Source of the DNA: Mobula hypostoma
Taxonomy: Eukaryota
DNA: 64,000 nucleotides
Direction: 5' to 3'
NCBI RefSeq assembly: GCF_963921235.1
Contig: NC_086098.1
Coordinates: 4,464,001 to 4,528,000, forward strand
Shown: positions 59,855 to 64,000 of the stretch, piece after piece
How positions within the stretch are numbered: the stretch's first letter is position 1
How the letters are laid out: every line of letters begins with the position of its first letter
Program-made: the position numbers and the translations under genes
Notes under the pieces: generated by a model
The model's input: only the letters and a program-made list of their open reading frames with translations
What the model was told of the DNA's origin: nothing
The model's database searches: none

Positions 59855-61720
59855 CGGTCAGGGTTAAACATGGATATTGCATCCCAGCTGTCTAGGTGAT
59901 ACACAAGCCAGGGCAGTACGACATGGAGAGGAAGCTGTTCCCCAGTGTAGCAGGCCCCCCCCTCTCCACACAGCTGATGAGTGTAAAGGAGCAGCAGTTT
60001 GGCACCAGCAGCGTCGCAGGAGTTAACGGTCAGCATTGAGCTCAATGTAGAACTATATTAGGGGCTTGCATTCTGGATTTTTCCTTGGAGTTTTCTCCTG
60101 AAGCCTTCCTCATGAGTGGGTACAGCTGCAAGGCAGCGGAGGTTAGAGATTAGAGTTTGCCTTCTCTTAGATGAGCTGCCAACCACAGCTGATGAGCCCC
60201 ATGGGTTTTAAGGCGCCAGTAACCCACCTTTGCCCCTTCTCCTCTCAGTAGATTTGGTTCAGCCAGGCTCAGTAACTAAGCCACACGTGAAGGTCAGGAG
60301 TTGGACTTAGTTGTCACAGGCTATTTGAGACACATGTCATTGGGAGCATTTAATAGGTAGTGGGAGCTAGTAACCACTACTTGTGACAACCTTAAGGAAC
60401 TATTTTTGCACTATTAAATTTACTATATTTGACACACTGATACTACAATATTTCTTATTCTTCTCCTCACATGTCTATCACCTCCCTGATGCCCCTCCTC
60501 CTTCCCTTTCTTCCATGGTCCACTCTCATCGACCCCCAAATCCCCCCTCACACAAAAACCGAGCAAAACAGATCAAACACGTCGACCCACAAATCCCCCC
60601 TCACACAAAACCGAGCAAAACGGATCAGACACATCGACCCACAAATCCCCCCTCACACAAAGCTGAGCAAAACGGATCAGACACATCGACCCCCAAATCC
60701 ACCCCACACACAAAAAATGAACAAAATGGAGCAGACACATCGACCCCCCCACCAAATCCCCATCCCTGCATGAAAACTGAGCAAAATGAATCAGACACAT
60801 CGACCTCCAAATCCCCCCGCACACAAAAAAACAGCCAAAAACAGAACAGGTGCTTCGAGACCAGAAGGTGGAAAAACAATGTGTTAAAAGTATTCATGTC
60901 TATGCTTTTGCCTAAAGGTTACATGAAATAACGTGTTATAATGGCCTTATAGCCCTGAGTGCAACAGTCCATTTGTTTTCCAATAAGCAGTCAAAGATTG
61001 CTGTCAAGTTGCACTTTCACATGTAATGCCACATTCTTTCTACATTTGTTTTTTCCCCAAGTGGTCATTTTTTTTTGCTAAATATTTGTTTTAAAATTTC
61101 CATTGTATTCCTCCTTATTGGAATTTCCTCCTTGTTATTACACTGACAGTAGGCCTCCGTTGATCAGGGTTGACCATGGATGTTGCACTCCCGTTGTCTA
61201 GATACACAAGCCTGGGCAGTATGATACTGACAGCAAGCTGTTGTCCATGTAGTGGGCTCCCCCTCTCCACGCGTCTGATGAACCCAAAGGAACGGCAGGG
61301 ACCGATACAGTTGGGCACCAGCAGCATCACAGGAGTTGCCTGTCAGAGTTGAGCTCAACGTCAGATGGCCTTAAAGCTCAGGATTTTACCCTTGGGGGTT
61401 TACTCCCAAAGCCTTCCTCATGAGTGGGTACAGCCGCAAGGCAGCAGAGGTGTGAGATCAGAGATTTTTTTTCTCCTAGATGAGCTGCCAACCACGGCTG
61501 ACAAGCTCCCTCTGCCTGAAGGGAATAGTTTTAAACCACCAGTAACCAGCCTTTACCCTTCTCCTGTCAGTAGACACAGTTGCACTGGGCTTAGTAGCTC
61601 AGCCACATGTGAAGGCCAGGAGCTGGACTTGGTTATCAGAGGCCATTTGAGCTACTTGTTACTGGGAGCATTTAATAGGTAGTGGGAGCTTATCCCCGTT
61701 ACCACCCCTGCCTAAAACAA
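59855..61720 (-). mobile_element. Two copies of a ~540-bp RTE-derived non-autonomous element (~59855-60392 and ~61160-61720)
   Basis: The two segments align along their length (ggatattgcatcccagctgtctag...gggagcatttaataggtagtgggagct). No ORF. Shares sequence with the SINE at 47782. Confidence 0.7.
60527..60845. repeat. Minisatellite, ~52-56 bp unit (catcgacccccaaatcccccctcacacaaaaaccgagcaaaacggatcagaca), about 6 copies
   Basis: Direct reading. It explains ORF 60383..60931. Confidence 0.92.
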
Positions 61721-61721
61721 T

Positions 61722-62112
61722 CTCACTTACTACCCGCTACGATGCTGCAATGAACGTACTTCAACTCTGGTGGTGTTCCGGGCTTCCTTTATCATTCCAG
61801 TAGCTTCCTCGGTTTTCTCTACCGCCAATCGTGCAAGGCCTGGGTGGAGACTCGGGAATACCGTTGCACTTGGATGCAGAAGGTTCTTCATCGCTGTTTC
61901 CGTAACAGTTCTGTTTGACTGGTCAGGGTTGCTAGCCCTGAGCTGGACACCCAAACTTGGAGGACCAGTGGGCCACTCTTAGTCTGTCCTCTACCCTTTG
62001 ACCTGTTTGGCATGGGTGACCCTACCAAGAGCCAAGACATGGAGCCCTGATTCCAGCCGACATAGCTGCTCAGGTCATTGAAACACACAAGCCTCCAAAC
62101 CCAACGACAAGA
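61722..62112 (-). mobile_element. Non-autonomous RTE-derived retroposon (same family as 14310-14690)
   Basis: Reverse-complement alignment with 14310-14690 (compare ORFs 14419..14631 and 61770..61982). Confidence 0.7.
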
Positions 62113-62643
62113 TTGTGGGCAAACACAAGGAAATCTGCAGATGCTGGAATTTCAAGCAACACACATAAAAGTTTGCTGGCTCTGTCCGCCAGAGAAAGCA
62201 GGATCTCGCAGTGGCCACACATTTTAATTCCACGTCCCATTCCCATTCTGATATGTCTATCCACAGCCTCCTTTACTGTAAAGATGAAGCCACACTCAGG
62301 TTGGAGGAACAACACCTTATATTCCGTCTGGGTAGCCTCCAACCTGATGGCAAGAGCATTGACTTCTCAAACTTCCGCTAATGCCCCACCTCCTCCTCGT
62401 ACCCCATCCGTTATTTAATAAGCCTTAAGGAACCATATAAACTCTGGTATTGTAGAATTTATCATTCCCTTATTTGGCTTCTTCCTCCTTCCTTTCCAGT
62501 CCCGATGAAGGGTCTCGGCTTGAAATATTGACTGTTTATTAATTTCCATAGATGCTACCTGACCTGCTGAGTTGCTTCAGAATTTTGTGTGTGTAGTTTC
62601 TTATTGTAGATATTGTTTTTGCTTAATCTTCTTCTCTTTCCAG

Positions 62644-62677
62644 GCACAAGCACTCTCCCTTTGAACATGGCAACCAG
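62644..62677 (+). other. Candidate 34-nt exon containing a strong-context ATG (62667; MAT[S/R]...)
   Basis: Branch-like cttaat, polypyrimidine cttcttctctttccag|G and donor CAG|gtgaga. AACATGG Kozak context. Non-repeat sequence. Confidence 0.65.
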
Positions 62678-64000
62678 GTGAGATAGAGAGATCCCTGGGA
62701 GATGGGAGATGGAAGATGAGGGTAAGAATAAAATTAATGAACCAGAGGTGACACTGAAAACTAAATTGCAGCTTCTTTGCAGAAAATAATTAACAGAGAA
62801 AAGATGTGATTTCTTAAATTTCAGACGCTGCTGTGAAATCTTAAATTGTAACATTATTTTAGAGTCACATACATACTAATTTATCACATGTACACCAAAT
62901 CCTGTAGTGAAATGCATCATTCCTCTTAACAAAATGAATACAGCCCAGGATGTGCTGAGGGCAGCCCGCAAGTGTCTCCACATACTCTATCGCGAACATA
63001 ACATGTCCACCATGTTCAGCAGGACACAAACAGTAAGTAAGGAGTTTGTATGTTCTCCCTGTGACCGTGTGGGTTTCCTCCGGTTGCTCCAGTTTCCTAC
63101 CATATTCCAAAGATGTGGGGGTTAGGAGGTTAATCAGTGTGGGCCCATCGGGCCAGAAGGGCCTGTTACCAGGCTTGTCTTGGAATAAATATATAAATCA
63201 AAAAAACAGAACACGACAGCAACAGAAAAACACCCACCCAGTTACACACAGGCTGTCTTCCAACCCCAGGACAGACTGCTCCAAGGCCTCTAATACCAGA
63301 ACAAGCCTCCTCCGGGCCTCTGAAACCAGGAAGGGCCTCCTCTGGGTCTCCAACACCAGGATGGACCTCCGACACCAGGAAGGTGCCCTGTACTTTCAGC
63401 CTCACAGACAATTCCAGCCTCCGATCTCCAGACAATTGAGAAATGTCCAACAATTTTTTTTAAAAAAGAAGAATATCAAAAAAAACTGCATTTCTGTAGA
63501 GCGGGGGTTCCCAGCCTTTGGTCCACTGATCCCTTGGTTAATTACATTGATCCATGGCATAAAAAAAGGTTAGGAACCCTTGCTGCAAAGACTCACTTGA
63601 ATATTGATTTAAAATATCAATTCAGCAATTTTAATACAAAAGTGTAGTTTATAATCTACTTTTGTAGATCATAAACCATAAAGTACACACATAACAATCA
63701 GTGTGCTCAGTGTATGATCCTGGAAAGTACACCTGCAGATTGAAATTCATGTTGCTAGCACCTGGAGTCGGTTGGTTATCATAAGAGGGAAGGTTGGATT
63801 GGCAAGACGTATACCTGTTGGTGTTCAGAGAAGTGAAAAGGCATTTGACTGAAACATGAGAAGCTCTGAGGGGTCATGACAAAGTGGATGTGGAAAGGAT
63901 TTTTTTTCCTGTAGGAGAAACTAGTACTTTTTTTTAGAGCGAGATGATCAGTTAAGGCACACAAGGCAATTTTTTTCTGAGTGCCTAAGTCTTTTGAACT

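Noticed and set aside
60383..60931. 182-aa Pro/Thr-rich ORF
   Set aside because: Tandem-repeat artefact.
5170..62677. Assigning a gene symbol to the host gene
   Set aside because: Too little putative coding sequence (at most ~13 codons) to recognise.

Overview
Vertebrate genomic DNA, inferred from its repeat content to be a cartilaginous fish (probably a ray); there is no prokaryotic signal. Most of the window is nested retroelement debris: CR1 LINEs (one near-intact, 40323-44205), Rex1/Babar LINEs, Penelope-like elements (PLEs; RT + GIY-YIG), RTE-derived non-autonomous elements, tRNA-derived SINEs, two LTR-like segments, Tc1/Tigger/hAT DNA transposon remnants and three minisatellites. Every long ORF in the track that I could assign is transposon-derived, an antisense shadow, or a repeat or GC artefact. 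The only host-gene signals are a CpG island with a good splice donor (~5170-5680) and two short, well-bounded candidate exons (15817-15888, 62644-62677). These suggest the 5' end and very large first introns of an unidentified + strand gene. The most striking non-annotated structure is about 20 copies of a minimal type I hammerhead ribozyme motif in PLE terminal repeats. Several ~90-210 bp PLE-terminus mini-insertions, some palindromic and some carrying the motif, have their own 8-15 bp target-site duplications (TSDs). All family assignments are by eye and from memory; no database search was run.
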